In this document: positions 1 through 10,526 of the stretch, one piece after another | Layout: every line of letters starts with the position of its first letter | Numbering within the stretch: the stretch's first letter is position 1 | NCBI GenBank assembly: GCA_964636085.1 | Contig: CAZWPQ010000008.1 | Coordinates: 1-41,633 of the forward strand | DNA from: an uncultured Nitrososphaerota archaeon | GTDB lineage: Archaea > Asgardarchaeota > Njordarchaeia > Njordarchaeales > Panguiarchaeaceae | Length of the DNA: 41,633 nucleotides | Reading direction: 5' to 3' | Position numbers and translations under genes: made by a program | Notes under the pieces: model-generated | Seen by the model: only the letters and a program-made list of their open reading frames with translations | What the model was told of the DNA's origin: nothing | Databases searched by the model: none

Positions 1-3000
1 CAAGCAATGCGGATGTGCTGTTTATTTCGGATGCATGGACACCAGATTATGGGTGGGAGTTTTCCGACGATGAAATAAGGGCAATAAAATCATATATTGC
101 CTCTGGGCATGGTATTATTGCTACTGGAGGTACACTAGGAGATAGTGCCCCAAATAATATCAAGCTAGCGGAGATATTTGGTTTTGACACTAGGTATCTT
201 GGATCTTGGGGCGAGAACTATATTCCAGTATTCCAAATAATTGTCCCAAACCATATAATATTCCAGGGAGTCGAGCCGCCTTATGAATCTGGTATGAGTA
301 CTACTCTTGTAAATCTGCATGAAAACACGTCATCACCACCTACAATAATTGCCAGATCCGGAGACAATAAAGCAATAATTACTACTCACAAATTCTATTC
401 TGGATCAGCAGTATACTTTACACATATGCCAGAGCTCCAATATCCAGGATACTCAACACCAACTGAGGATGATTACAAAGTACTATATAATGCATTCGTA
501 TGGACATACGAAAGCGCCGACAGGGCAGCCTATCAATTACTAGTTAAGCATATAGAATCACCACCAATGATAGAGGTTAACACAACAGCTACTATAAACG
601 CAACGATCATAAATCTTGGCTATCTTTCTGCGAGTAGTGTGAATGTTAGACTCCTCTTTAATGGGGAAGAAGTTTCATCCATCAATGTTTCCATACAGGG
701 ACATGGAGAGGTAAATGTATCGTTCCTCCTTACACCCACATACTGCAATATTAGTATAGTGGAGATAGAAATAAGGCCCGTAATAGGCGAGGAATACACC
801 AGCGATAATAGTATGAGGACTAGGATATATGTAGGTAAAGTACTCGTAGAGCAAGATTTTGAGGCTGATTCGGGTGGATGGCATGTAGGTGGCACCAATT
901 CTAGCTGGGAGTGGGGGACCCCTACGTACATAAATCCCCATTCTGGCTGGAAACTATGGGGCACAAATTTGACTGGAAACTATAATGATGAGGAGAGTAG
1001 CTATATTGTCAGTATATCATATAACATTCCTTCGGAGGCATATTATGCCTTCTTTTTATTCTACCATTGGTTCGATATAGAGTATGGATATGACTATGGC
1101 TGGGTAGAGATATATGATGGTTCTCAATGGAAAAAGATATATCCGATAGATGGAGTAGCATATACAGCTTCTAGAGGATTCACAGGCACATCAAGAGGAT
1201 GGATATACTCTATATTCAACATCAGCTTGTATATTGGTGGGAGCATAAAGATTAGGTTGAGGCTATATTCGGACTACATGATCAACTATAGAGGGTGGCA
1301 CATGGATGATTTCTGTATATTCTATTTAACATATAAGCATCAGCTATTAATCTCGGAAATCGAAACCCCGATACTCATGGAGTACGATAGTTCATACACC
1401 ATAAATGTCACGGTAGCGAATAGAGGACTATTTAACGAATCAGACATAACTGTAGAGTTTTACACAAACGGGACACTGATAGACCAGAAGGAAATCAATA
1501 TATTGCCCTCGGAATCCTCCCAGATTGTTGGCTTCACAATTACGATAGATGATAATTTAATTGGGGAACTATGGATAACTGTGGTAGTGGTACCAATACC
1601 AGATGAACTCATTAAGTGGGACAATTACCGCCAGTTTAAAGCATATGGAGGAATTTGGGTATCGCTTGAGGACTTTGAGGATGACCCTACGGATGAATGG
1701 TATGTGGAGGGACAGAATCCATCATGGGAGTGGGGTACCCTAACAACTGGGCCAGGTGGTGCATACTCGGGTGATTATTGCTGGGCTACAAGCATTTCTG
1801 GAAGCTACAATGCTGACGAGAATAGTAGGCTATATACAACACTATGGGGTCTAGAAGCCTTTAGTGGTTTGCATGTTTTCGTATCGTTTTATGGATGGTA
1901 CTATCTTGAGTATTTAAGAGATTTTGTATATGCTGAGGTAAGCTATGATGGAAACACTTGGCAACGCCTATATCCCATGTGGGGGCCAGAATATTCCTCC
2001 TCAACTACGAGAGAAGGATGGTCGGGCTCCTCTGGGGGGTGGCATCTAATAGTTTTTGACATTTCAGCATTCTTAAATACAGATGTAATATTTGCTCTAC
2101 ATATCGTTTCCGATTCGATTATCGAGTACGATGGGTTCTATATGGATGACTTTGGTATATTCGTGACAAAGATCCTTCAGCATGAATTAGCCATACATCC
2201 AGAATTGCCTAATATTCTCGTATCGAAGAGCGAACTTTCAGACATCTATGAGATCAGTCTAAAGGTTAAGAACTTCGGCTCGTCGTACGAATATGACATC
2301 AATGTTTCCCTATACATAATGGATGAGCAATCAAACATGACGACAATATATTGCTTGGATCCTCTAGAGGAGATAGAATTATCATTTATCCAAAGAATTC
2401 ACTATTCTGGAGAAATTAAGATTGCTCTAGAGGTTAGTGGGATTCCCGGAGAGGGCACTTATTCGAATAATCTTGTGTGGGTGGATACTCTAGTTCTAAC
2501 ACTGTTGGATACATTAGATTTTGAGGAAGAAAATGACAACATATCCATCACTGGAACATATCCATCCTGGGAACAGGGACAACCTAGCTATGGCCCCACC
2601 CACGTATACTCTGGCAATTATTGCTGGGGGACAAATCTTGATGGAGACTATAACAATAGCGAGAACTCTAGACTAGTGATAAATCTCTCCTACTTACAGG
2701 ATATCTATCGTAACACTAAATACCTTCTCATTGAGTTCTACCACTGGTATTATACCGAGTATGGACATGATGGAGGATGGATAGAGATCAGCACGGATGG
2801 TATAACATGGACCCGAATATCTCCTATCGATGGGCCACCCTACACAACCCTTGCTGGGGGCTATCTGGGATGGTCTGGTGCATCTAGGGGATGGAGAAGA
2901 ACACTACTCAACATTTCGGAATATACGGGAGGAACGATATACATAGCGTTCCACTTTAGATCTGACTATTCAGACACATTCCCTGGCTGGTATATTGACT

Positions 3001-4289
3001 ATTTCAGGATATTTGGTACATGTATAGCAGTCTCGGCTGTCTGGACGGAACCATCACGAATATCATATAATGATGATGTATCTATCTATGCTAAGATTGC
3101 CAACATATCCCCAGTACAGTCTGTTGTTCTGCACTACTGGATAAACAGTGTTGAGTATGTTTCCTCCATGAGTTATGTGGGATCCGAGGATGCTTACTAT
3201 GCGACTATACCTAAGGAGAAATATGGTACACATGTAGAGTTCTATATTGTTGCAACAGACATAAACATGATTTGTACATTCAGTCAGCGATTCAGTTATG
3301 ATGTTGGTGATTATCAGGCCCCCATAATTTCCAATATAAGCTATCCGAGTATTATTAACATGTCGTCAGATGTGGAGATCTCTGTATATGTGTATGAGCC
3401 ATATAACGCGAGCGGCATTGCTAGTGTTCAATTAAAAATAAGCTATGATCGTCATCAATGGCAAATTTTGAAGATGACAAGTCAAGATGGCAATAGATAT
3501 TACAAAATACTAAACAATGTGACGGCCCCCAATATATACTTCTATATACTAGCGACAGATGGCGCAGGCAATATTAGGACAACTACCACATACAGGATAA
3601 TTGTTACTCCCCCACTATATAGGAATCCACTATTCCCCCAGTATAACGACACTGTCTGCATATCAACATATGTGATGAACACGAGTGAGATCGTTGAGGC
3701 CAGATTATATTATTCACTGGATAATTACTCGTGGTATTCAGTAAGTATGGCGTATAATGGTTCCTATTGGTATGCGAATATACCACCATATCCCTATAAC
3801 TATACTGTCTATTATTATGCTGCGCTAGAAGACGCTAATGGCCTAATATACTGTTCGATCGTGGAGAACTATTCAATCTCTGATAACTACCCACCAGAAA
3901 TAGTTGATGTATCGATAACCCCCGAAGAGTTCTATGTTGGTGATACTATAACGATAAGTGCACATGTATCTGAACCGTACAACGCCAGTGGACTCGCCGC
4001 CGTATATTTGCTTTACTCTACCGATAACACTACATGGCACCAACTGAATATGAGTAACTCCAATGACGAGTATTCAGCGAAACTACTCGTAAACACAACA
4101 AAGATATGCATAATAATACTTGCATATGATAATGCAGGAAACTATGCTAGTGTTGAATACAAACTCTCGGCAAAAACCAAGTGGCCAGTCAAATATATAT
4201 CCATAGCATTGCTTATGGCCGGCCTAGCTATACTTATCTTAGTCATCTTTATCAAGAAGAGAAGAATACCAGCAGAAAAGGAGACATAG
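1..4289 (+). CDS. Large membrane-anchored cell-surface protein (5'-truncated): GATase-like/DUF4350-like domain, 3x CARDB + 3x immune-inhibitor-A/MAM-like jelly-roll domains, Ig-like repeats, C-terminal TM
   Basis: Frame is open from the window edge (S-N-A-D-V-L-F), so the true start is upstream. Three copies of SWEWGTP..G...WGTNLxGxYNxxExS...YDxGWVE...GWxG.S.GW...GWYxDxF. Two copies of EPYNASG. Ends in a hydrophobic helix plus KKRR. Confidence 0.8.
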   Translation, partial: SNADVLFISDAWTPDYGWEFSDDEIRAIKSYIASGHGIIATGGTLGDSAPNNIKLAEIFGFDTRYLGSWGENYIPVFQIIVPNHIIFQGVEPPYESGMSTTLVNLHENTSSPPTIIARSGDNKAIITTHKFYSGSAVYFTHMPELQYPGYSTPTEDDYKVLYNAFVWTYESADRAAYQLLVKHIESPPMIEVNTTATINATIINLGYLSASSVNVRLLFNGEEVSSINVSIQGHGEVNVSFLLTPTYCNISIVEIEIRPVIGEEYTSDNSMRTRIYVGKVLVEQDFEADSGGWHVGGTNSSWEWGTPTYINPHSGWKLWGTNLTGNYNDEESSYIVSISYNIPSEAYYAFFLFYHWFDIEYGYDYGWVEIYDGSQWKKIYPIDGVAYTASRGFTGTSRGWIYSIFNISLYIGGSIKIRLRLYSDYMINYRGWHMDDFCIFYLTYKHQLLISEIETPILMEYDSSYTINVTVANRGLFNESDITVEFYTNGTLIDQKEINILPSESSQIVGFTITIDDNLIGELWITVVVVPIPDELIKWDNYRQFKAYGGIWVSLEDFEDDPTDEWYVEGQNPSWEWGTLTTGPGGAYSGDYCWATSISGSYNADENSRLYTTLWGLEAFSGLHVFVSFYGWYYLEYLRDFVYAEVSYDGNTWQRLYPMWGPEYSSSTTREGWSGSSGGWHLIVFDISAFLNTDVIFALHIVSDSIIEYDGFYMDDFGIFVTKILQHELAIHPELPNILVSKSELSDIYEISLKVKNFGSSYEYDINVSLYIMDEQSNMTTIYCLDPLEEIELSFIQRIHYSGEIKIALEVSGIPGEGTYSNNLVWVDTLVLTLLDTLDFEEENDNISITGTYPSWEQGQPSYGPTHVYSGNYCWGTNLDGDYNNSENSRLVINLSYLQDIYRNTKYLLIEFYHWYYTEYGHDGGWIEISTDGITWTRISPIDGPPYTTLAGGYLGWSGASRGWRRTLLNISEYTGGTIYIAFHFRSDYSDTFPGWYIDYFRIFGTCIAVSAVWTEPSRISYNDDVSIYAKIANISPVQSVVLHYWINSVEYVSSMSYVGSEDAYYATIPKEKYGTHVEFYIVATDINMICTFSQRFSYDVGDYQAPIISNISYPSIINMSSDVEISVYVYEPYNASGIASVQLKISYDRHQWQILKMTSQDGNRYYKILNNVTAPNIYFYILATDGAGNIRTTTTYRIIVTPPLYRNPLFPQYNDTVCISTYVMNTSEIVEARLYYSLDNYSWYSVSMAYNGSYWYANIPPYPYNYTVYYYAALEDANGLIYCSIVENYSISDNYPPEIVDVSITPEEFYVGDTITISAHVSEPYNASGLAAVYLLYSTDNTTWHQLNMSNSNDEYSAKLLVNTTKICIIILAYDNAGNYASVEYKLSAKTKWPVKYISIALLMAGLAILILVIFIKKRRIPAEKET

Positions 4290-4567
4290 AAACCTATTCC
4301 TCTTTCCTCCATCGCAAAACCAGTTTCGTTGGCTAATTTTTATGGCTCCTAGCGCGCAACAATCAGCACCAGAGAAATCAGATTAGTAGTCAAGTGTATA
4401 GACCACATTAAGTTGTCAATGCAGAATCATTCTCGCTCTTCGCCTTAGAGCATAAATCCATTTTTATTATGTCAAATTCCCCCACACAAGCCCTTAGGGT
4501 GCTTTGAATAGATAAAATTGGGAGCGTAATGAGTAGTATTCATTGCGTAGTAGTAATTACTCACAAT

Positions 4568-5046
4568 AGGAAAGCATAAGACGACAAACATTGGGCACTT
4601 GATAGGAAAAATCTCACAAATAAGGATAACTTGATAAAGTCTATACAACCTCAACAGGTATGAAACACTATAATGCCCAAAAGACAACCCAAAAGACAAA
4701 GTAACAGAAGGACTGTTTATAAATACGAATTTTATTAATAATACTAACCCAACAAATTTTTACAGCAGATGTTTTTCAAAAACACTATCTACAGCATCAT
4801 CCAGCAACGCCCGGAAAGGCATATAGCATCTAACGGCACAACTAACATGAGATCTAAATAACAAATATGTATTCATCCATAAACACAGCATGTGTCCCAG
4901 ACCTTAGAATCGACAAAATAACAAATATGGTTGGTAATAATTACGTGATGACGACTATCACCTAGAACAGGAAAGCACGAAAGACAAACATTAAGCACTT
5001 AGTAGGAGAATATCTCAAAACAAAGACAACTTAGTGCAGTTTATAC
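4568..5046. repeat. Diverged direct repeat, two ~80 bp copies (4568-4646 and 4969-5046)
   Basis: AGGAAAGCATAAGACGACAAACATTGGGCACTTGATAGG... vs AGGAAAGCACGAAAGACAAACATTAAGCACTTAGTAGG...; roughly three-quarters identical by eye, ~400 bp apart. Confidence 0.75.
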
Positions 5047-5127
5047 GTTATAACTGTTGGTTATAAATGAGTTAGACTTTGATAATGGTATTGGGATATA
5101 AATCCGAAATTAACTACTAGCATTATC

Positions 5128-7245
5128 CTAAGACGTACTGTTATTCTTCCAGTATTTTTCCCTTAAGATACGGGCCTTCTCTGGGAATCCATATTTCTCC
5201 CAAGCTTTTATGGATATCTCCAGTATTCTCCTTGCAACATCAAGATATTTTTCATCTTTAAGCTTCATACCGAGTGCCGATAAAAGATCTATTATCCCAG
5301 ATTCCGATAGTATCGCCAGCTCGTAATCATTCTTCTCCCAGTCTGGCACTGTAATGTACGCCAACATTAGTACAAAATCTGCGATCTCCAGTAGTTCCTT
5401 CTCATCTAGATATTCGACTATTCTTGAGAGATAATAGAACAATTGCATTGTTGAGTCTCGGCTCACCTTTCCCTGAAATATAAACCACTTGTAGAGATCT
5501 ATGAGTATCTTAGTTGTTCTTCTCAGGATTTTTTTCCTCATATCCTTCCCGAGAATTCGCTTGGCTAGAGAGGTCAAAATGCTGGATAAATTCTCTATAT
5601 CCGTCGCATAGGTATATGGATACCCCTTAGCAAATCTCTCAGAGGTTCTAGGGTCAAAAAGACTTGATATAGCATATACTGTCTTCAGTTCTTCTGGATA
5701 TATATCTCCCATAATGGCTAATGGAAAACTCAGGAAACATGCTATCGTTGCTAGATATGATACATAATAACTACCTATCTTGCTATATTCATGTGAGACA
5801 AATTCCCAGAGCAACCTATATAGGTGTTTTATATCATCGAGTATTTTTTCTTTTTGATTTGGCTCTACAAAGAATATATAGGACAACGCTAATGCGTAGT
5901 TTTGCATGATGCCTAGTATATCACTAATGAAGCATGAGAGCCTATTCTTTATTATTGTTTCCAAATACTTTGATCCTATCCCTATTATCTCCCTAGCGAT
6001 ATCTAGCCTCTCCATAGGCCCGACAACAGGCGAATCTAAGAGGAGTGTAAGAATATCTAAATATAGCCTAATTTTACTTGTGTTTATCATAATTCTCTGC
6101 CTCTTGTCTAATGACAATATCCCAAGTTTCTTCTTCAAACCAATAAACCTGAGTGCTTTGTTAGTCTCATCGAGAATTGATTTTATTTTCGATCTCCATT
6201 TGATAACGAGTTCTTTTATCTCGGAGTAGCTCGTTACTGAGTATACTTTCTCATATATAGATCCCTCCTCGATATACATCTTTATTAGATTACTTATTGG
6301 CTTAGATATAGCCTCAAAATACCCAGATAATTTTTCAGCCTGTTCTGGGAAGAAGGATATATATCCACTCCATAGCAGATAAGCCTTCACGATATCTTCG
6401 GGAGATTTTTCCCATCTAAACTTACTGAGAGCCCCTTTAAAAGCCTCAAGAAATACCGATAAGTCGATACCCCTAGCTATGTGCTCTACACAAATTCTGG
6501 CCAACCTAGAGAAGGCATCATCTGGCAACTCCTTGGCTATGCTCTCGAGCTCTTCTATACTTGGAAACGGCATATATGACACAGAAAGGGATAAAATACC
6601 AGTCTTTATGGCTAATATTTTCATCCAGATATCCCTATTCCTTATTGACATTGAGGCTGCACGATCAAATTGGAGAGATAAAGCAAAACGCAATGCGTCT
6701 TTCAGACTATATCTCTTCTTTGATATTATCCTCTCCCATGCATTTCTATATCTCCTAGTATGCTTATGTATCTCGCTTCTGGCATTATCTATATGCGTTA
6801 TGGCGTCCTCATACCCCGTTATTATTTCAAGCATAGGATCCCATACATTCTCCATAATACCCAACATATCAATGTCTATGGTGCTCTTAATATACCTACT
6901 TATGATTCTCGAAACCATATCAACCAATTGGCTATCAACAATATCTTGACTAGCTGGAATGTCACACTCATCAATAATCCTAGCAATAAACCTTAGAAGT
7001 GCATTCATATATTCCTCAGCTACATCAACAAGTGTTACAATCAAATACCCTTTCTCAGCCTCCGTAATCAATAACTTATCCTCACCAAAGTCTATCTCCC
7101 TAACGCTTCCTCTCCCAAGAACCTTCGAAATTGCCTTTGTTGCCTCTATAAGGCTTGCAATAAGTTCCTTACTCTCAAGCTCGATAAACGACTCTATCTT
7201 TACTGGAAGACCAGAACTAGTAATCACACCGAGAAGCTTTATCAT
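5128..7245 (-). CDS. Longin-like N-terminal domain plus alpha-helical (TPR-like) region
   Basis: N-terminus LLGVITSSGLPV...LIASLIEATKAISKVLGRGSVREIDFGEDKLLITEAEKGYLIVTLVD fits the beta-beta-alpha-beta-beta-beta-alpha longin/roadblock pattern; the remainder looks helical. Confidence 0.65.
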   Translation of the reverse strand: MIKLLGVITSSGLPVKIESFIELESKELIASLIEATKAISKVLGRGSVREIDFGEDKLLITEAEKGYLIVTLVDVAEEYMNALLRFIARIIDECDIPASQDIVDSQLVDMVSRIISRYIKSTIDIDMLGIMENVWDPMLEIITGYEDAITHIDNARSEIHKHTRRYRNAWERIISKKRYSLKDALRFALSLQFDRAASMSIRNRDIWMKILAIKTGILSLSVSYMPFPSIEELESIAKELPDDAFSRLARICVEHIARGIDLSVFLEAFKGALSKFRWEKSPEDIVKAYLLWSGYISFFPEQAEKLSGYFEAISKPISNLIKMYIEEGSIYEKVYSVTSYSEIKELVIKWRSKIKSILDETNKALRFIGLKKKLGILSLDKRQRIMINTSKIRLYLDILTLLLDSPVVGPMERLDIAREIIGIGSKYLETIIKNRLSCFISDILGIMQNYALALSYIFFVEPNQKEKILDDIKHLYRLLWEFVSHEYSKIGSYYVSYLATIACFLSFPLAIMGDIYPEELKTVYAISSLFDPRTSERFAKGYPYTYATDIENLSSILTSLAKRILGKDMRKKILRRTTKILIDLYKWFIFQGKVSRDSTMQLFYYLSRIVEYLDEKELLEIADFVLMLAYITVPDWEKNDYELAILSESGIIDLLSALGMKLKDEKYLDVARRILEISIKAWEKYGFPEKARILREKYWKNNSTS

Positions 7246-7392
7246 TGGCTATCCACCAATTCATAATTAATATACATAATTTAAATATGGAGAAAACAAG
7301 CACAATATCAACTAAGCCTTAGTATGCTCTTATAAAGTTATAAGAGCTTTTTATTATTTTCTTAAGAGATATTTTTTAATGCGGAATAGTCT

Positions 7393-8094
7393 TTGTCTTC
7401 GATCTGGGTGTCATATTTGGGCCTGAGCAAGGATTTTGAGAAATATTACATATACGACACTGGCAACATTCGAGGACCAGCCATATATGTGGTAATGGTT
7501 TCAGCGATCTTGGTTCTCCTCTATATTATTGCGAGAAAAACCTCGAATATCTCATGGAGGGTCTATCTGGTATTTATTATACTAGCATGTATAGGGGTGG
7601 TATCATCTGTTTTCCTATCATCACTCTGTGTCGAGATCATTGTATGGGGGGTAGCAATAGAGTATTCTATGCATTTTTCGCCTGGACCATTTACCATTGC
7701 TTTGGTCAATATAATGTTCCTATTGATATCTAGCCACATATATTTTGTTAAAGCGCCCCCCAGAGAGGCCCCCAGAGTCTCAAAGGGACACCAAAGAGTA
7801 TTGATAAGTATAAGCTATGTATTGGGACAAGCTATAAGGGTTATGTTGTTAAGGGACTTTATGTTTCGTATCTCAAATGATCTTAAAGCCACTGCAAAGG
7901 AGAATGGATACATACCTCTGCTTGAACAGGATGTCTGCATAGGCCAATTCTTCTGGGAGACCGTAATGGTGCTAGTCATTGCCCTAGTAGTGATATTCTT
8001 TATAGTGGCAACTGGCTATGCAGAAAGAAAAGCCAAGCTAAGCTATATTTATCTCAAGTCAAAGGCCGAGGATAAAATTAGGGATAGATACTAA
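7393..8094 (+). CDS. Hypothetical multi-pass membrane protein
   Basis: 233 aa ORF with about 5 hydrophobic segments; T-run downstream. Confidence 0.65.
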   Translation: MSSIWVSYLGLSKDFEKYYIYDTGNIRGPAIYVVMVSAILVLLYIIARKTSNISWRVYLVFIILACIGVVSSVFLSSLCVEIIVWGVAIEYSMHFSPGPFTIALVNIMFLLISSHIYFVKAPPREAPRVSKGHQRVLISISYVLGQAIRVMLLRDFMFRISNDLKATAKENGYIPLLEQDVCIGQFFWETVMVLVIALVVIFFIVATGYAERKAKLSYIYLKSKAEDKIRDRY

Positions 8095-8235
8095 GCAAAT
8101 CTTTTTTTAACAATTTATGGGGATCCCCTTATTCATAAAAGACTGGCAAAAACTTCACATATGGAATTTTCGAAGACAATAAATTATTATATATATCTTT
8201 TTAGTTATGATCTATTATATTATTTTTTTGGAAAA

Positions 8236-8251
8236 CAAACATTTTTGTTTG
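8236..8251 (+). promoter_or_regulatory. Candidate LrpA autoregulatory operator CAAACA-TTTT-TGTTTG
   Basis: Perfect 6 bp inverted repeat with AT-rich centre, between a TATA-like TTATAT (~8215) and the lrpA start. Confidence 0.4.
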
Positions 8252-8255
8252 AAAA

Positions 8256-8684
8256 GTGAAAAAAATGAAGATATCGGATTTCGAACTCATAATGCTTTTG
8301 AGGAAAAATGCACGAATGTCCTTTATAGAGATAGCGAAACGATTCGGCGTTAGTGATACCGCCGTCAGAAAGAGAATAAAAAAATTGGAGTCTGAAGGGG
8401 TTATATTAAAGTATACAATTGAGGTCGATCCTAAGAAACTTGGATTTAATGCTGTTGCCATTATAGGTGTGGATACCCTTCCAGAGTACTATGTGTCACT
8501 AATGAACAAGTTTAAAGGAATGGATGAAGTCGTAAGTTTATACGCCACTACGGGTGATCATATGATGCTTTTGGAGTGTTGGTTTAGGTCATCTGACGAG
8601 CTTACAAATTTTGTGGAAATGTTGAGGAACATGGAGGGGGTCAAAAGGGTATGTCCTGCAATAATACTGGAGAAAATCAAATAG
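8256..8684 (+). CDS. lrpA: Lrp/AsnC family transcriptional regulator, LrpA-like
   Basis: HTH NARMSFIEIAKRFGVSDTAVRKRIKKLE; GDHM motif; C-terminal VCPAIILEKIK as in Pyrococcus LrpA. The start may be the ATG at 8265. Confidence 0.9.
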   Translation: MKKMKISDFELIMLLRKNARMSFIEIAKRFGVSDTAVRKRIKKLESEGVILKYTIEVDPKKLGFNAVAIIGVDTLPEYYVSLMNKFKGMDEVVSLYATTGDHMMLLECWFRSSDELTNFVEMLRNMEGVKRVCPAIILEKIK

Positions 8685-8705
8685 ATAGTATTTTTGATGT
8701 TTGTT

Positions 8706-9203
8706 CTAAGGCTCGTATGAACGTTTTGGTCTCCAGCTTCTTGTTAGTATCAAAAAAAGTATTCTCGCATGAATACTTACCGCCATCATCCATGAGTATA
8801 CGTCGAGTTTGAAGAATAAAAAGTCCCACCTTCCAAGGTAAGTTTTTTGAGGGATTAACCAGTTGCTATAATACCAGACTATGTCGAATCCCCTCGCACC
8901 GAGGGCCCTCGCAATAAAGAAGAAGAAAATATCGTTGAATAGGGATATTAGAATGCCAAGCCATATTAGGTTAAATATGTCTATTTTTCTGATCAGGAGC
9001 AGAGGTATGTATGGGGCCACATAGACAATTAAAAGGAAAAAGTGATATCCATAAAACCGTGGAAATCGACAGTCATAGATGTTGATGAAAATTATACCAT
9101 ATAATATTGTAAAAATCTCAAATTTCGTCATTGGAATGCCAGAGAAATAATAGTTGATTTTGTTGTCTTTGTGCTCCATAGATTCATAATTCTCTATTTC
9201 CAT
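8706..9203 (-). CDS. Hypothetical membrane protein
   Basis: 165 aa, about 4 hydrophobic segments, 18 bp downstream of the rhomboid gene (likely co-transcribed). Confidence 0.65.
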   Translation of the reverse strand: MEIENYESMEHKDNKINYYFSGIPMTKFEIFTILYGIIFINIYDCRFPRFYGYHFFLLIVYVAPYIPLLLIRKIDIFNLIWLGILISLFNDIFFFFIARALGARGFDIVWYYSNWLIPQKTYLGRWDFLFFKLDVYSWMMAVSIHARILFLILTRSWRPKRSYEP

Positions 9204-9221
9204 ATGTATTCCCTGTAAATT

Positions 9222-9893
9222 TTATTCTCTTTTAATGTAACGAATATCTACTCCTACATTGGCTAGGTATTTATATACATACGCAGCAAGCATCCCAGTT
9301 ACAAATCCCCCAACGTGTGCTGTATGCGCAACATAGTCAAATGCTCCTACTACCACTAAAATAGTCTCGCTTATGCCATACAGAATAGCAAAGTTCCATG
9401 CAGCAACTGTATAGTATCCCCCTGCGTATCTAATTCTTAGTTTTCTATGTGGAAAGAAAACGGCATATGCGGCCAATACACCAAAAAGTGCTCCTGAAGC
9501 CCCTATGCACGGTATGTAGGAAAGACCAGTATGAAAAATATTATCCAGCGCGACACATAAAATAGCATGAATTGTAGCTGCGCCGATTCCGCAGATGATG
9601 TAGAATAGTAAGAAGTTTGTATGGCCATATACGCTTTCGAGATCATCGCAGAACACATACGCAAAATACATATTCCAGAATATATGAAGGACACCACCAT
9701 GGAGGAACATGTGTGTTATCAGGGTCTCTAGCTTTTTTCCAGAGAGAAATAATATTGGTACAAAAGCATAGTCTTCTATGATCTCGTAATTCACTATTTC
9801 TATTATGAAAACTACTATGTTTATAATAATTATCATGGCCGTCACGTAGGGTGTAAGCCTCTCGTATTCCTCTTCCTCAACAATTAGACCCAA
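9222..9893 (-). CDS. Rhomboid family intramembrane serine protease
   Basis: HMFLHGGVLHIFWNM, catalytic GASG, AHTAHVGG. Confidence 0.93.
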   Translation of the reverse strand: MGLIVEEEEYERLTPYVTAMIIIINIVVFIIEIVNYEIIEDYAFVPILFLSGKKLETLITHMFLHGGVLHIFWNMYFAYVFCDDLESVYGHTNFLLFYIICGIGAATIHAILCVALDNIFHTGLSYIPCIGASGALFGVLAAYAVFFPHRKLRIRYAGGYYTVAAWNFAILYGISETILVVVGAFDYVAHTAHVGGFVTGMLAAYVYKYLANVGVDIRYIKRE

Positions 9894-9993
9894 TCATGAC
9901 ACCATTACTATATGTAAGAATACAATTTTAAACATAATATCTACTCTATAAACTATATCGATTATACAGATCGCTAGGAAGTGGAAGGTTTAT

Positions 9994-10506
9994 ATGAACA
10001 TCAAAGTAGTGAAAGGTGACATCACCAAAGTTTCTTGCGATGTAATAGTCAACCCCGCCAACAGCCTGATGATCATGGGTGGAGGAGTAGCTGCAGCCAT
10101 CAAAGCAGCAGGTGGAGAAATCATAGAAAAAGAAGCCATAAAAAAGGCTCCAGTACCCATTGGTGACGCGGTCGTGACGACGGCAGGGAGGTTAAATGCG
10201 AAGTATGTTATACACGCTCCAACTATGGAGCGTCCAGCCATGAAAACAAGTTATGAAAAAGTAAGGATGGCGATCGAGGCGGCGCTCAAAGCGGCATTAG
10301 ATCTGAATGTAAGATGTATAGCTTTTCCTGGCATGGGGACTGGTGTGGGGGGTTTATCGCCCAATAAATTTGTGGAGGCTTTTCTTGAGGCAATTAACAA
10401 ATATAAATATGAGATCGAGCAGAAAGGCTTATCAATAATTGTGGTTGCCTATACGCAGGAGCTCTATGACGCCGCCAAAAAATTGGTTTTCATCTCGAAC
10501 AAGTGA
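9994..10506 (+). CDS. Macro domain protein (ADP-ribose binding/hydrolase, AF1521-like)
   Basis: GDIT, VNPAN, GGGVAAAI, VIHAPT, FPGMGTGVGG. Confidence 0.93.
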   Translation: MNIKVVKGDITKVSCDVIVNPANSLMIMGGGVAAAIKAAGGEIIEKEAIKKAPVPIGDAVVTTAGRLNAKYVIHAPTMERPAMKTSYEKVRMAIEAALKAALDLNVRCIAFPGMGTGVGGLSPNKFVEAFLEAINKYKYEIEQKGLSIIVVAYTQELYDAAKKLVFISNK

Positions 10507-10526
10507 CTAGTCATTAGTTCTGAAAA

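Noticed and set aside
4472-4699. 75 aa minus-strand ORF
   Set aside because: The second repeat copy has stops and indels in the matching frame; no motif support
4946-4990. GTGATGA as a possible C box of a C/D sRNA
   Set aside because: No appropriately spaced CTGA D/D' boxes
4290-5127. Possible CRISPR array in the intergenic repeats
   Set aside because: Only two diverged copies with ~400 bp spacing; no repeat-spacer periodicity and no cas genes
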